DNA of 64,000 bases from an uncultured Patescibacteria group bacterium (GCA_938041505.1 CALITC010000010.1:576-64575), one strand, 5' to 3'; shown: positions 1 through 9,753, counted from the first letter of the stretch. Translations and numbers: made by a program. Notes: generated by a model not told the origin, from the sequence alone.

Positions 1-350
1 TTGACCAGGCAATATCCGCTTTCCGGGTATATCCAGTAATCGGTAATATCTTCAGCCACACCAGTATCGTCCTCCACAAGAAAACTAAAGCTGTAAAACG
101 CGTCAGCACTGCTTGATTTATCAGGATCTTTTTGAGTGCTTATATACAAGTGTACATTTTGCTGAATCGGAATCTGAACAGTGGAGCAGGTAGATATTTC
201 CTAGCTCTTGATCGATGGGAGCTCAAACTCAGAGATGATATCTACCAGTTGTTGCTGGAGCGTTTGGGCAGCTTCTAAATGATCAAGCATTTTTATGAAG
301 GCACGACTGAATGCGTTAATCCTTGAATATGACAAAATTTTTCCGGTCAT
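1..350 (-). pseudogene. Unidentified ORF broken by an in-frame TAG; continues off the left edge
   Basis: ATG at 350-348 opens 49 codons ending at TAG 203-201. The same frame stays open a further 66 codons to position 1 (..FYSFSFLVEDDTGVAEDITDYWIYPESG..). It could instead be a separate TTG-initiated gene starting near 149. Confidence 0.25.
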
Positions 351-423
351 AATAGTCTCTATTTACCACTCTTCAACCCTTCAATAAGGCATATCTATGT
401 TTTTTCGTCAATATATTGCTGCA

Positions 424-1035
424 CTATTTCTTCAGGTATATGCCACTAACAATATAGAGAAGTAAGAATACCACTCCAAAAGCTATTTGATAGCCCAAAG
501 AGGCGGTCGAAGTATAGACAAAAATTATACCAAATGGGCAGAGCCCGACTAGTGTCGTCCAGAAAAATTCTTTGTAACTAAGCCTTTTCAAGAAGCCCAA
601 GGTGTAGCTGAGAATGTCTGCAGGCAGAATAATCCGTAGGAAAATTATCAGCATGAAATACTTCGACTTGGTGAGTTTGTTTTCATATTTGCACATTAAT
701 TGGAATATTTTGGTGTTTTCCAATCTATTGGTGTTCAGTCTTCTGGCGATCGTAAAGGCAATCATGGAGCCTATAAGCCAGCCTGTTATACTGTAGGCTG
801 CGGCCCTTAGCTCCCCAAAACTCTGCGCAGCAGCAGGTAGCAAAAAAATCGTGTTTACGGGAGCTGCCACAATTGAAATAGCCATCAGCGCAATATAGAG
901 CGCAGCCCCTACCCATCCAGAGTATTGAGTAAAAAATTGTAATTCCTGTGTATACTGCAAGGAGAATTGGGCAATGGCAATAAAACCCCCTACTCCGAGA
1001 ATACCTAAGAGAATATAGCCGATGTTTTTCTTCAT
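424..1035 (-). CDS. TVP38/TMEM64 (DedA-related, VTT-domain) membrane protein
   Basis: Multi-TM ORF starting MKKNIGYILLGILGVGG. The profile ..AAPVNTIFLLPAAAQSFG..GWLIGSMIAFTIARRL.. is typical of the family. ATG at 1035 chosen over the longer track ORF. Confidence 0.6.
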   Translation of the reverse strand: MKKNIGYILLGILGVGGFIAIAQFSLQYTQELQFFTQYSGWVGAALYIALMAISIVAAPVNTIFLLPAAAQSFGELRAAAYSITGWLIGSMIAFTIARRLNTNRLENTKIFQLMCKYENKLTKSKYFMLIIFLRIILPADILSYTLGFLKRLSYKEFFWTTLVGLCPFGIIFVYTSTASLGYQIAFGVVFLLLYIVSGIYLKK

Positions 1036-1220
1036 ATGGCAATAGTAAACCAATTCAAGGCTTTTGTACACCTAAATATGACTGACCATGACTTATTAAA
1101 AAAAATGTTTCACCCTATGTTATATAAAAAAAATGACCATGATCATAATACCATGGTAAATTTATTTGTTGTGCAAAAATCAGGGTATTACAGCATTAGC
1201 TGTTACCGCAAAGCACCGGA

Positions 1221-1853
1221 TTAGAATACCTCTTCAAGAGAGCTAAAGTCTATGAACATATCAAGTTCTGCCACTACTTCTTCTATCTCATCTTCTACAA
1301 AAGAAATCCTCTTCTCGACGTGAGTAAGACCAGTTTCAGCAATTGCAGCTGGGATAGCTGGCTTTTTGCTTATAGGTACTCGAACCTCGTCATGGAGATC
1401 CTTTTGGTCAACACTTATTCCAGCGATTGCTAGAATTAGATTAGTTTCGTTAATATCTTTGTAGAGCTGAATTTGATCTCTGCGAATATGGATAGAGAAT
1501 TTGTTTTTGATAGTCCTCAAAAGATAGACGCTTGTATTTGGCTCTTCATAGACAATTACCTTGTCTTTTTTTGATGCACCTACCTGTTCAAGATAAGAAT
1601 TCAAACTAAAGCTCCACGTTCTTTTTTTAGACGGTGGGATGGAAACATTTTCAAGCCAGTCAACCCCGTTATTAAAGCAGTGTTTTTCAAGCGCTTGGTC
1701 GAAGTCTCCAGAACCTATGTCCTCACTTGCATATAGCAAGTTCTCAAACCGGATAAAGTTATCTTGGCTAAGTTCAAAGACAGCAAATAGACTTTTGTCT
1801 GTAATGAGCTCAATCGTTCCTTTCAGTAGGTTTTTGTATTCTGTTTTTAACAA
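1221..1853 (-). CDS. Hypothetical protein, acidic C-terminus
   Basis: 210-codon ORF with TAA stop and no recognised motif. Confidence 0.5.
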   Translation of the reverse strand: MLKTEYKNLLKGTIELITDKSLFAVFELSQDNFIRFENLLYASEDIGSGDFDQALEKHCFNNGVDWLENVSIPPSKKRTWSFSLNSYLEQVGASKKDKVIVYEEPNTSVYLLRTIKNKFSIHIRRDQIQLYKDINETNLILAIAGISVDQKDLHDEVRVPISKKPAIPAAIAETGLTHVEKRISFVEDEIEEVVAELDMFIDFSSLEEVF

Positions 1854-1979
1854 TGATTTACCTCCTCGGTAATAATCGTGTTTTGATAGATTATATCATA
1901 TTTATTTTTTAGCACTCTATGTTCTTTGTCACTTTCGATGAAAACTACCAGTTCTTATGAGTGTCTCTGGGGTATTTAC

Positions 1980-2310
1980 CTAGACACCTAGACCTATTGG
2001 ATTGCGGATTATTCCGTCTCCAGAAGCACTTAAGTCATTAGCATCTTCGTCGTTGATGGTGTAAGAGATCGTGATATACGAATCATTGCCCGTAGAGTCT
2101 TGTGTAAGCGTGGGAGCGGTTTCTAGGTTGGCGAAGGCACTGTCTTAAACTTCCGAGGGACACCCTCCTCTATGTTATAAAAATAGATATCAACATCGAC
2201 CGCAGAACACTGCACCTCAAAATCCAAAAGGTTATTTGGGTAATCGAACGCCTCATCAATACCGAGAGAGCTTTCTTCGACAAGTTCAAAATTACTAGAA
2301 TAACAGCCAT
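1980..2310 (-). pseudogene. Decayed remnant of a secreted/surface protein gene
   Basis: The 54-codon open piece 1980-2144 reads DSAFANLETAPTLTQDSTGNDSYITISYTINDEDANDLSASGDGIIRNPIGLGV*. It is preceded by an in-frame TAA (2147-2145), and more coding-like sequence sits in a shifted frame (..FELVEESSLGIDEAFDYPNNLLDFEVQCSAVDVDIYFYNIEEG..). No intact start. Confidence 0.35.
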
Positions 2311-2449
2311 TCCTATGGGAGAATATAATTCTTCCTTACATGTGATAATTCGACTTTATGACATAACTTGACAATAGTATTTTTATTTGCTATTATTGAG
2401 ACATTAACAATTAGTTAGTAATTTAACATATAGCAAATAGGAGCATCTA

Positions 2450-2899
2450 ATGATCACTAGAATCCCAGAAAATAATCAAGTTCAAAATCATCTAACCTCA
2501 GGTCTGAAAATTTTTAATAATAACCAAGATAAAATTATATTCTACAAACCAGAGCATACTTGGACTGGAGGTGGAAGAGTCTACCTTAAATCTGGTGCTA
2601 AGCCTTGGCTTACGCTTGAGCCCGACAGTTTATATTCTTGCGACATTAAAGATGGAGGCATTATCCTTATTAAAGAGGAATTCACATGGAGTAAGAGTAA
2701 TAGAAAAGGAATAAAGAGAAACTTAAAAGATCCTAGTGATATCAGGGATTATTTGGAACTTCCAGTTCCAGATGCAGATTTATATTTGCTAGAATGCATT
2801 CACCCTTTAGAAAAAAACAGACCAAGTGCGGTACCATTTTTTAATGTGCATCACAGAGAAGAGCTCGTAGGATATGCAGGGTTAATTTTAACCTCCTGA
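2450..2899 (+). CDS. Hypothetical protein
   Basis: 149-codon ORF with ATG preceded by AGGAG about 7 nt upstream, TGA stop, followed by a hairpin terminator. Confidence 0.55.
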   Translation: MITRIPENNQVQNHLTSGLKIFNNNQDKIIFYKPEHTWTGGGRVYLKSGAKPWLTLEPDSLYSCDIKDGGIILIKEEFTWSKSNRKGIKRNLKDPSDIRDYLELPVPDADLYLLECIHPLEKNRPSAVPFFNVHHREELVGYAGLILTS

Positions 2900-2933
2900 C
2901 TCAAGAATTAATTCTGTATTGTTACCTAGATAG

Positions 2934-2968
2934 CTCACTTTGCATTTTTACAGAGTGAGTATTTTTTT
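2934..2968 (+). terminator. Rho-independent terminator between convergent genes
   Basis: CTCACT (2934-2939) pairs with AGTGAG (2954-2959) and is followed by a T7 run at 2962-2968. It overlaps the trpS stop. Confidence 0.5.
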
Positions 2969-3968
2969 AATAATCAATTTTCATGGCTTGGCGAACTTTT
3001 TGCATGGTTTGCTCGGCTCTTTCTAGTGCTTCTCGCTTTCCTTTTTCTAGGACTTCTTGGAGATAGGCTTTGTCTGCGAAGATCTCTGCTCGTTTGGCTC
3101 GGAATTCTGCGAAGTAATCATTCATCGATTCGGCTAGTTTCATTTTGAAATCTCCAGTGCGCATAGATTCTAGCTCCGGTAATACTGCTTCAATACTTTG
3201 CTCACTGCAGAGCGCATAGAGCTTGACTAAGTTGCTGACTTCTGGGCGGAATTCTGGATTGTAGCTGATACCCTCTATGGAATCTGTTTTGGCTTTTATG
3301 AGCTTCTTGATCGTTTCTTCAGCAGAATCTCGCAGATAGATGCAGTTATTGAGGGATTTGCTCATTTTGGCGTTACCGTCCAAGCCGATGATGCGCGAAC
3401 CTGTAGATAATAATTCCTTTGGCAGTTCAAACACTTCTCCATAAATCCGATTAAACTTGGTGGCGATTTCTCTGGTCTGCTCAATCATTGGGAGCTGGTC
3501 TTCTCCAACTGGAATCAGGTTGGATTGCAAACTCAAGATATCCGCTGCTTGAGAGACTGGATAACCTAAGAAGCCGTACGTAAGACTTACCCCGTCCTCG
3601 CCAAACTTCTCTGACTTTTGTTCAATTTCAGCTTTGACTGTTGGATTGCGTTTGAGGCGGTTGATCGTAACTAAGTTGGAGAAGAAGACCGTGAGCTCCG
3701 CAATCTGCGGGATTTGCGACTGGATATAAAGCGTCACATTATCCAGATCTAGACCAAGGGCTAGGTTGTCTGCTAAGACTTCGTATACATTATCTCGCAC
3801 CTTTTGCGGATTGTCCCAGTTGTCAGTAAGAGCCTGCACATCAGCCAACATAATAAAAGTCCGGTGCTGCTTAGCTAATTCGCGCCGATTGATAAGCGAG
3901 CCAAAATAGTGCCCGATATGCAACGGCCCCGTAGGCCGGTCTCCAGTAAGTACAATAGTCTCTGACAT
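2967..3968 (-). CDS. trpS: Tryptophan--tRNA ligase
   Basis: Starts MSETIVLTGDRPTGPLHIGHY (HIGH motif) and carries KMSKS. The start is set at ATG 3968, because the 17 extra codons in the track ORF translate the upstream terminator. Confidence 0.9.
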   Translation of the reverse strand: MSETIVLTGDRPTGPLHIGHYFGSLINRRELAKQHRTFIMLADVQALTDNWDNPQKVRDNVYEVLADNLALGLDLDNVTLYIQSQIPQIAELTVFFSNLVTINRLKRNPTVKAEIEQKSEKFGEDGVSLTYGFLGYPVSQAADILSLQSNLIPVGEDQLPMIEQTREIATKFNRIYGEVFELPKELLSTGSRIIGLDGNAKMSKSLNNCIYLRDSAEETIKKLIKAKTDSIEGISYNPEFRPEVSNLVKLYALCSEQSIEAVLPELESMRTGDFKMKLAESMNDYFAEFRAKRAEIFADKAYLQEVLEKGKREALERAEQTMQKVRQAMKIDY

Positions 3969-4002
3969 AATAGTAATCAGCCTCTCTAAAAAGTTATTTT
4001 TT

Positions 4003-4035
4003 GACAAGAAAAAAGGCATAACATCGTGTTATACC
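4003..4035 (-). terminator. Rho-independent terminator, copy 1 of a repeated ~45-nt element
   Basis: On the minus strand, GGTATAAC-acgat-GTTATGCC (one G-U pair) is followed by TTTTTTCTTGTC. It lies 27 nt downstream of the 4062 stop. Confidence 0.6.
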
Positions 4036-4061
4036 TGATATTGAACTGAAGAATGTTTATG

Positions 4062-4601
4062 CTATTGTTGATAAAAACCTGCTAACATTCTTTCTATTTC
4101 ATTTATTGATATTTGAGGACCTTCTTCTACCCAATACGGATTTCCGCTATGAATAACTAAGGTTGCAAATACACCTCTTTCACCTGTTGGGGTGTAATAT
4201 ATATAACGATTAGCAAAGTTTCCACACCCAATGCTTAATGACCGGTATATGACTTTTTGATTATTTTTGGCGGCCTTTTCGATCGCTTGACTAATCAGAT
4301 CTTGCTTTGCTTCCTCAGCCTCTTGCATTCTTTGGTCTATAAGTCTACTCTCCTCATCCCTTTCTTGAATGATTTGATTGTAAAACTTAGTGTCAAATTT
4401 TGCTCGAAACTTTGGATTGTTATTAATGAAACTGACTAGAATCTGGTACTCCATCGGGTAAGCTTTGCCATTGTCATCGCCATGGCTTACCCTTGCAAAC
4501 CTTCCGTCTTTGAGCGGAATGATTGTCATATTCGCGTATCTTGTATCGATACTTTCTTCAATTTCGTGGTTGTCAGTGTAAGATATATTTACGTAACTCA
4601 T
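4062..4601 (-). CDS. Hypothetical protein with central coiled-coil-like segment
   Basis: ATG at 4601 with AAGGAG about 9 nt upstream. The longer track ORF start is unlikely. Confidence 0.55.
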   Translation of the reverse strand: MSYVNISYTDNHEIEESIDTRYANMTIIPLKDGRFARVSHGDDNGKAYPMEYQILVSFINNNPKFRAKFDTKFYNQIIQERDEESRLIDQRMQEAEEAKQDLISQAIEKAAKNNQKVIYRSLSIGCGNFANRYIYYTPTGERGVFATLVIHSGNPYWVEEGPQISINEIERMLAGFYQQ

Positions 4602-4833
4602 GATACTTATTCTCCTTGAGGACCGAAACAAAAAATGGCTACCCTCAATCTCCTTGCGGCCGCAGCTCACATCAAGTGATACTGGTTGTTTTAAAAGGAA
4701 GAAGCTCGTAACATCGTTATTATAACATTTTTTATATCTTTTGTCAAAATATTAAATATTCCCTAGTTAGACATGAATCAGAATACATGCTAGTAGTTAA
4801 GATCTCACAACTAAAGGATTATAGGAATACTCA

Positions 4834-5145
4834 ATGAAATTACTAAACTGGACTGTTATCACTGCTTTGCTAACCCTGGTGGCAAATAATTTTGGAGCTT
4901 TTACCGACCCTTATAATAAAATAGTTTTGAAACAACATCATGACGACGATACTAGAATAGCTGTACCACAAGCTTGCTTAACAGATCGTCACCAGTTAGG
5001 TGTGCTTACCTATGATGATGGGCCAACTGTCAACGATTATTACTGCCAAGAAATCAATAACTGGCAGGTTAGAGCTAAGATACGACGTGGACAAACGAAT
5101 GACTTGGACATCGAGAAACCCTCGAGCACCAAACACTTTAACTAG
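4834..5145 (+). CDS. Small secreted protein (signal-peptide-like N-terminus)
   Basis: Starts MKLLNWTVITALLTLVANNFGAF, has two Cys, and is followed by a terminator. Confidence 0.45.
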   Translation: MKLLNWTVITALLTLVANNFGAFTDPYNKIVLKQHHDDDTRIAVPQACLTDRHQLGVLTYDDGPTVNDYYCQEINNWQVRAKIRRGQTNDLDIEKPSSTKHFN

Positions 5146-5175
5146 AATATTACGAAGCCTACTAGGCCAAGTCAA

Positions 5176-5203
5176 CACCTTTTATTAAAGAAGGTGGTTT
5201 TTT
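5176..5203 (+). terminator. Rho-independent terminator
   Basis: CACCTT (5176-5181) pairs with AAGGTG (5191-5196) and is followed by a T6 run at 5198-5203. Confidence 0.55.
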
Positions 5204-5273
5204 ATACCGCCAATCAACGCAAGTAAAATCTAGTTCAGCAGCCAAAACTAGCAAGAAGCCATCCCCAGCGAGC

Positions 5274-5923
5274 TTAGTTGCTAATTGAAACTGCTTTCTG
5301 AAAGTATTTTTCGGCAGATTCTATACAAACCATAAACTCAGCCACATCTTGAGCGGTTATCGAAAAGCTAATGCCCCGGCCATCGAATGATTCTTTGATT
5401 GTGTTTTTTGGGTCTTTGTTGACGATATTTGGCAATCTAACTGAAGTCCAGTTCAAGTCAGAGGCGTCTAGATAAGCCTCCATAACCTCTTTGTCCTGCA
5501 TGATGGGGATTAGTTTTTTGAGGAATAATGGCAAAATTAACTGCTTATAGAACCATGGGTGTGTTTTTTTGAGTTACCAATACCAATATTAGACATACAG
5601 ATTATTCTCGATACACTGTGCTGCTTCATTGCACTGATCATTATTTGAGTGGCGTTAGATACCGTATTGTTAGGCTTGCCGTCACCCAGACCACCAATAC
5701 CCACACAGTTATACACGACCGAGCTTCCCTGTACTGCTTTGGAAATTGTTGTCTGATCAAAACTTCCTTCTATAATAATTTGGTTCGGGTGAGGATCAAA
5801 TTTGGACTTATCTCTAGTAAGAACATTAACTAAAAACCCTTTATCTAGGACCAGATTTAAAATCCGTTGACCTACCTGTCCAGAAGCCCCAAAAATAGTT
5901 ACTTGTTTTTTGATTGTTGACAT
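5274..5923 (-). pseudogene. NAD(P)-binding oxidoreductase (NmrA/flavin-reductase-like SDR) split by a frameshift at a poly(A) run
   Basis: The N-terminal ORF has the Rossmann motif VTIFGASGQVGQ. The C-terminal ORF lies in another frame. Adding one A to the A7 run (plus-strand T7 at 5564-5570) gives the continuous reading ..GNSKKTHPWFYKQLILPLFLKKLIPIMQDKEV.. Confidence 0.7.
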
Positions 5924-5932
5924 AAGTAGATT

Positions 5933-6076
5933 CTAAATGTTTTCTTGGATAATTTTTAGTACTTCAGCTGAAGCCTCGTGCGGACTTATATGACCACCTG
6001 GAATTGTTTGTGCTTTTACTGAAACATACTGCTCACGCACATAATCATCGGCATCTATGATTACTGACTTAATTGA
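5933..6076 (-). pseudogene. C-terminal relic of an alpha/beta-hydrolase gene
   Basis: Only 47 codons remain: SIKSVIIDADDYVREQYVSVKAQTIPGGHISPHEASAEVLKIIQENI*. This is the typical catalytic-His region (GGH..E.P.EV). A stop lies immediately upstream and there is no N-terminal part. Confidence 0.45.
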
Positions 6077-6181
6077 TTACTTACCCCTTATCAAGCCTTT
6101 TTTATAACTTAAGCTCATTCTTGACAAGTTGCCAGACTTAGGCTTATTTTAATCTAGTATGATAATTCAGGATCTAATATA

Positions 6182-6688
6182 ATGGTACTTACCAATTGCC
6201 CATTTAAACGTTACACTCAAAAAATAGGCTTACTCAGAAGCAGTATCAGAGGCCACAACGGTAGCGGTTCACATAATCGAGAGAAGAATTCAGCACAGAT
6301 AAACAACATTTATAATGAATTTGCAGAATATATTAAGCAGTCCGGTTGGCTAGAATTTCTTGATTACTACGTTACCTGCCAAGACCCGCACTTAATGGAA
6401 AAAACTTGGAATATGCAGATATTTCAAACGGTGTATAACAAATTACCACAAGAAATTCAGAATTTGTACACGATTCATTATAAACGTGATGAAGGCGATG
6501 AAAAAACCCTCAAATATTTTGTTTTAACTGCTTTAAAGCATCGGATTTATATTCTCAAGCAAACTGGAGAATGGAACGAGAATGACGACAAAAATCGGAT
6601 TATCACGGTAAAAAGAGTCAAAAAATACGCTGGTAATTTAACAAGCACCGAAGGTCAAGATTTTAACACAATCTGGAATCTTCCTTAG
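6182..6688 (+). CDS. Hypothetical protein
   Basis: 168-codon ORF, no recognised motif. Confidence 0.45.
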   Translation: MVLTNCPFKRYTQKIGLLRSSIRGHNGSGSHNREKNSAQINNIYNEFAEYIKQSGWLEFLDYYVTCQDPHLMEKTWNMQIFQTVYNKLPQEIQNLYTIHYKRDEGDEKTLKYFVLTALKHRIYILKQTGEWNENDDKNRIITVKRVKKYAGNLTSTEGQDFNTIWNLP

Positions 6689-6848
6689 ATGATTACTCTT
6701 ATTCTAACCAATACACCCTGTCAATTCTATATTGTGGGGTTGCTTTTTACACGTAAATATTATAGAGATATGCCCTCTTCAACTGTATTTCGTAGGGGTA
6801 CAAACCAAAGCTCAGTATTTGACCGTATTCACTTTTTTGCTTAAGAAT

Positions 6849-7814
6849 ATGCAATATATGACCCCTGTTACCATTTCCGGCGCAACAGTGTTGTTGGAGC
6901 AAAATGAACTCGTTGTTATTCCAACCGAAACCGTGTACGGACTTGCGGGCTTGGCCACCTCAGAGGAAGCTGTAAATAAAATATTCTCTTTCAAAGAACG
7001 CCCTCAGGATAATCCGCTTATATGTCATTTTTCTTCGATTGAGCATATTCAAAAGTATACCACAGAAATACCTAGGATTGCCCACCGGCTTTTTGAGGCT
7101 TTTAGCCCCGGACCACTAACTATCCTTCTTCCTGTAAAAGACGATCAATTACAAGCCGCCACTCGCGGGCAAGCAAAAGTTGCCTGCAGAATCCCTAACA
7201 ATCAAGACACACTTGAACTTATTGAAACAGTTAACGTCCCCTTAGCCGCTCCAAGCGCTAACCCTTCTGGAAGGCCTAGCAGCACAACATCGAAAATGGC
7301 TCATGACTACTTCTTGGATAAGCCAGGAGGAATCTTGCAATCGACACCTTCGACGATCGGCTTGGAATCTACTATACTAGATATCGAAAATAACATTATT
7401 ACAATTCTAAGAGAAGGTTCAATTGGTGTGTCGGAGATTCTCTCTGTCTTGCCGAAGGCAACAATCTACACTACGGCTCAATCAGATAATACTATTCCAG
7501 GGCAAAAATACCGCCACTACTCTCCTGAGACACCAATAAGGCGGTTATTTACCCTATCTGAACTACCTAGGAGCTCGACGGTAATTACCACTCGTGATCA
7601 CCAAGAAAAATTTCCTAGCAATACCAATCTCATTTACATTGCCAGCACTAACAACATAGAAGAAATAGCGAAAAATCTTTATGAAGTCTTAATTTCTATA
7701 GACAAGCAATGTTGCGAGCAGGCTTACTGGTACGTTCCAGATCTAGATATGTCGTCATCTCTTGGGCAAGCACTGCACAACCGCCTTAGCAAAGTACTTA
7801 TTGGTATGCGGTAG
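6849..7814 (+). CDS. sua5: L-threonylcarbamoyladenylate synthase, long Sua5/YwlC type (YrdC domain plus Sua5 C-terminal domain)
   Basis: Carries VIPTETVYGLAG..KERPQDNPLICHF..LAAPSANPSGRPS. The start is set at ATG 6849, because the upstream TTG extension has no homology-like sequence. Confidence 0.85.
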   Translation: MQYMTPVTISGATVLLEQNELVVIPTETVYGLAGLATSEEAVNKIFSFKERPQDNPLICHFSSIEHIQKYTTEIPRIAHRLFEAFSPGPLTILLPVKDDQLQAATRGQAKVACRIPNNQDTLELIETVNVPLAAPSANPSGRPSSTTSKMAHDYFLDKPGGILQSTPSTIGLESTILDIENNIITILREGSIGVSEILSVLPKATIYTTAQSDNTIPGQKYRHYSPETPIRRLFTLSELPRSSTVITTRDHQEKFPSNTNLIYIASTNNIEEIAKNLYEVLISIDKQCCEQAYWYVPDLDMSSSLGQALHNRLSKVLIGMR

Positions 7815-7874
7815 GTTAGCATATGTTTGTTATAACTTACAAAACACTAGAATTTAAGGGCGCTAAAAGTTTTT

Positions 7875-7907
7875 TACAAGAAAAAAGGCATAACGATTTG
7901 TTATACC
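7875..7907 (-). terminator. Rho-independent terminator, copy 2 of the repeated ~45-nt element
   Basis: On the minus strand, GGTATAAC-aaatc-GTTATGCC is followed by TTTTTTCTTGTAAAAAA. Stem and tail are near-identical to 4003-4035. Confidence 0.55.
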
Positions 7908-8062
7908 TGTAAAGAGGTGTCGGCTCTATATATTCAATAATTTTTTAGATTTTTAACATAACTCGTGAACCTGACCTCATATTGATAGTTTTAAATTAAT
8001 AAAGTATTTAACTCAACACATAAAACATTAGTTCAAATACTTGTGATATTTTTATCAAAAAC

Positions 8063-8605
8063 TTAACGTATTGTATTAATTATTAGATGACTGTGATGTA
8101 ACACAATTACATTTTTTATTGTTTGATCTCCAATCTTCACATTAGCGAGCATCACTCTAGTAAGCCCATGATCATCTGATATACAAGTAGTGTAATACGA
8201 CTCTGGGCCAATAGGGTCAATTTCATCAACAATTTTAATAAAGTATTTTGCAACAGCCTCTTCGGTAGAAAAATCCAATACAAGAGGGTTCGACTTTTCT
8301 AAATAAATCACAGCTCTATAATTGAGTTTATGAAGCACAATCCCCTGAACCAGGCCCATTTCAAATTCAGAGCTAGTTCTTGACATTAGACTCGTTAAAT
8401 CTATTGCTACAGGCTCGTCACCTGCAACCATGCGAGCACAGCTATTTCTAAAGTAGACGCTTTCAAGATTAGTTTGTTTATCTAGAACATCCCATTCTTC
8501 AATCTGTTTTAAATTCACGCCAGCATATACAGGGTTAAAGCTATGAAAATAACCAATAACACCGCAAAATAAGAGCTTTGACGCAAATTTAACAAAGTTA
8601 ATCAT
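8063..8605 (-). CDS. Hypothetical secreted protein
   Basis: ATG at 8605 with GAGGAAGG upstream. Signal-like N-terminus MINFVKFASKLLFCGVIGYFHS. Confidence 0.5.
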   Translation of the reverse strand: MINFVKFASKLLFCGVIGYFHSFNPVYAGVNLKQIEEWDVLDKQTNLESVYFRNSCARMVAGDEPVAIDLTSLMSRTSSEFEMGLVQGIVLHKLNYRAVIYLEKSNPLVLDFSTEEAVAKYFIKIVDEIDPIGPESYYTTCISDDHGLTRVMLANVKIGDQTIKNVIVLHHSHLIINTIR

Positions 8606-8682
8606 TTTACCTTCCTCGTATATTCTACCACTATCACTATCAGAAAAATATAACTTTGGCAACTTGCATAATTAATGTGGTG

Positions 8683-9753
8683 CTACAAACCAAGGTCTTT
8701 AACATCATTTTTTATGACATTTCGTAAAAATCGATAGCAAATTAAAAAACCTATTTCACCAAAAATTAACAACGGAGCCGAGTGTACTGGTTGGTATTGG
8801 AAATTATACAGATCGTATTCTTGCAAGGCAAATGGATACTGTCCTAAGCCTGTGCCGATAACTGCTCTCCAAGGATTATCCTGTAGGTACTGCCAGAAAT
8901 TTACTAAGTCTTGATAGCGATATATATCAGAGGAAAACACCCTTATGGACATTAAGCTTATTAGAAACACTATCAGAGCTAAGACTATTTTTTTATTCTT
9001 GATCTTGAATAGTAGTGAACCAATCACGGCTCTGCTTTGAGATAACAATACCCCAACCACTGTTAATAATTTATTATTTGGTAGGAAATTAATCGCAGCT
9101 AGAAACAAGAAACCGAAGACTATTGGGTGGGCGAAGGTTCCATAGGCTCGTAGTATTTCTGTGCCTCCTAGTACGGTTTTGGCTACCCCTGCTGTCTCCA
9201 GGTCTAAGTACTTCTCCCCTATTACATGAAGACCTACTGAGGAGCCTCTGATAATTTGCAGCAGCCCTAACATTCCTTGGATTAGCAGGATGGTTTTGAC
9301 AAACAAAAATCTTTTGACTTCGTATAATTTTTGAAACTCTATTACAATTAGTACTGGGTATGCTGAAGATAAAAGTGCGTGGTCGAAGAAGGCTATCAGT
9401 GGCAGTGTCCACCAGATTTTTTGCCAGGTTTTTGGGGTTACTAAGTAGAGCCAAGATAGCAAAATGATTGCTGTATGCAACCAGCTATACCCCCTAGCCC
9501 AATCGAGCGGCCAGCTTATGCAGAAGTTAAATATAAGTAGAATCCAGACGTACCTAGAGATCGTTTTGCACTTGGAACATAACCACATCGCCAGAATGAT
9601 AATCGCTGGAGAGATCACCACATCGATATAATTATTGATAATTTCACCACCCAAAAGCCGAGTCAGATTAACCTCTCTGGTGAAGAGCAAGCTTAGGCTT
9701 AATAGTATCTCCAGCTTATACTTGCTTATAAAGTTGATCCAAGATTTGAGCAT
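8683..9753 (-). CDS. O-antigen ligase (Wzy_C)-like polytopic membrane protein
   Basis: About 10 TM segments, with LLSQSRAVIGSLL, GTGLGQYPF and HSAPLLIFGEIG motifs typical of the family. Confidence 0.6.
   Translation of the reverse strand: MLKSWINFISKYKLEILLSLSLLFTREVNLTRLLGGEIINNYIDVVISPAIIILAMWLCSKCKTISRYVWILLIFNFCISWPLDWARGYSWLHTAIILLSWLYLVTPKTWQKIWWTLPLIAFFDHALLSSAYPVLIVIEFQKLYEVKRFLFVKTILLIQGMLGLLQIIRGSSVGLHVIGEKYLDLETAGVAKTVLGGTEILRAYGTFAHPIVFGFLFLAAINFLPNNKLLTVVGVLLSQSRAVIGSLLFKIKNKKIVLALIVFLISLMSIRVFSSDIYRYQDLVNFWQYLQDNPWRAVIGTGLGQYPFALQEYDLYNFQYQPVHSAPLLIFGEIGFLICYRFLRNVIKNDVKDLGL

Noticed and set aside
3969-4019. N-terminal extensions of track ORFs (trpS 3969-4019, sua5 6732-6848, FemAB 17177-17272, lysS 52600-52710, serS 39413-39436, M23 43135-43209)
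   Set aside because: The extensions start at non-ATG codons and translate promoter or terminator sequence (for example the TTG inside TTGACA boxes at 26947 and 43209). They precede an ATG where family homology begins.
9716-9753. 38-nt overlap between the rsmA 3' end and the start of the O-antigen-ligase-like ORF as a sign of translational coupling or frameshifting
   Set aside because: The overlap depends on choosing the most upstream start of the downstream ORF, and the true start is uncertain. Nothing else suggests recoding.
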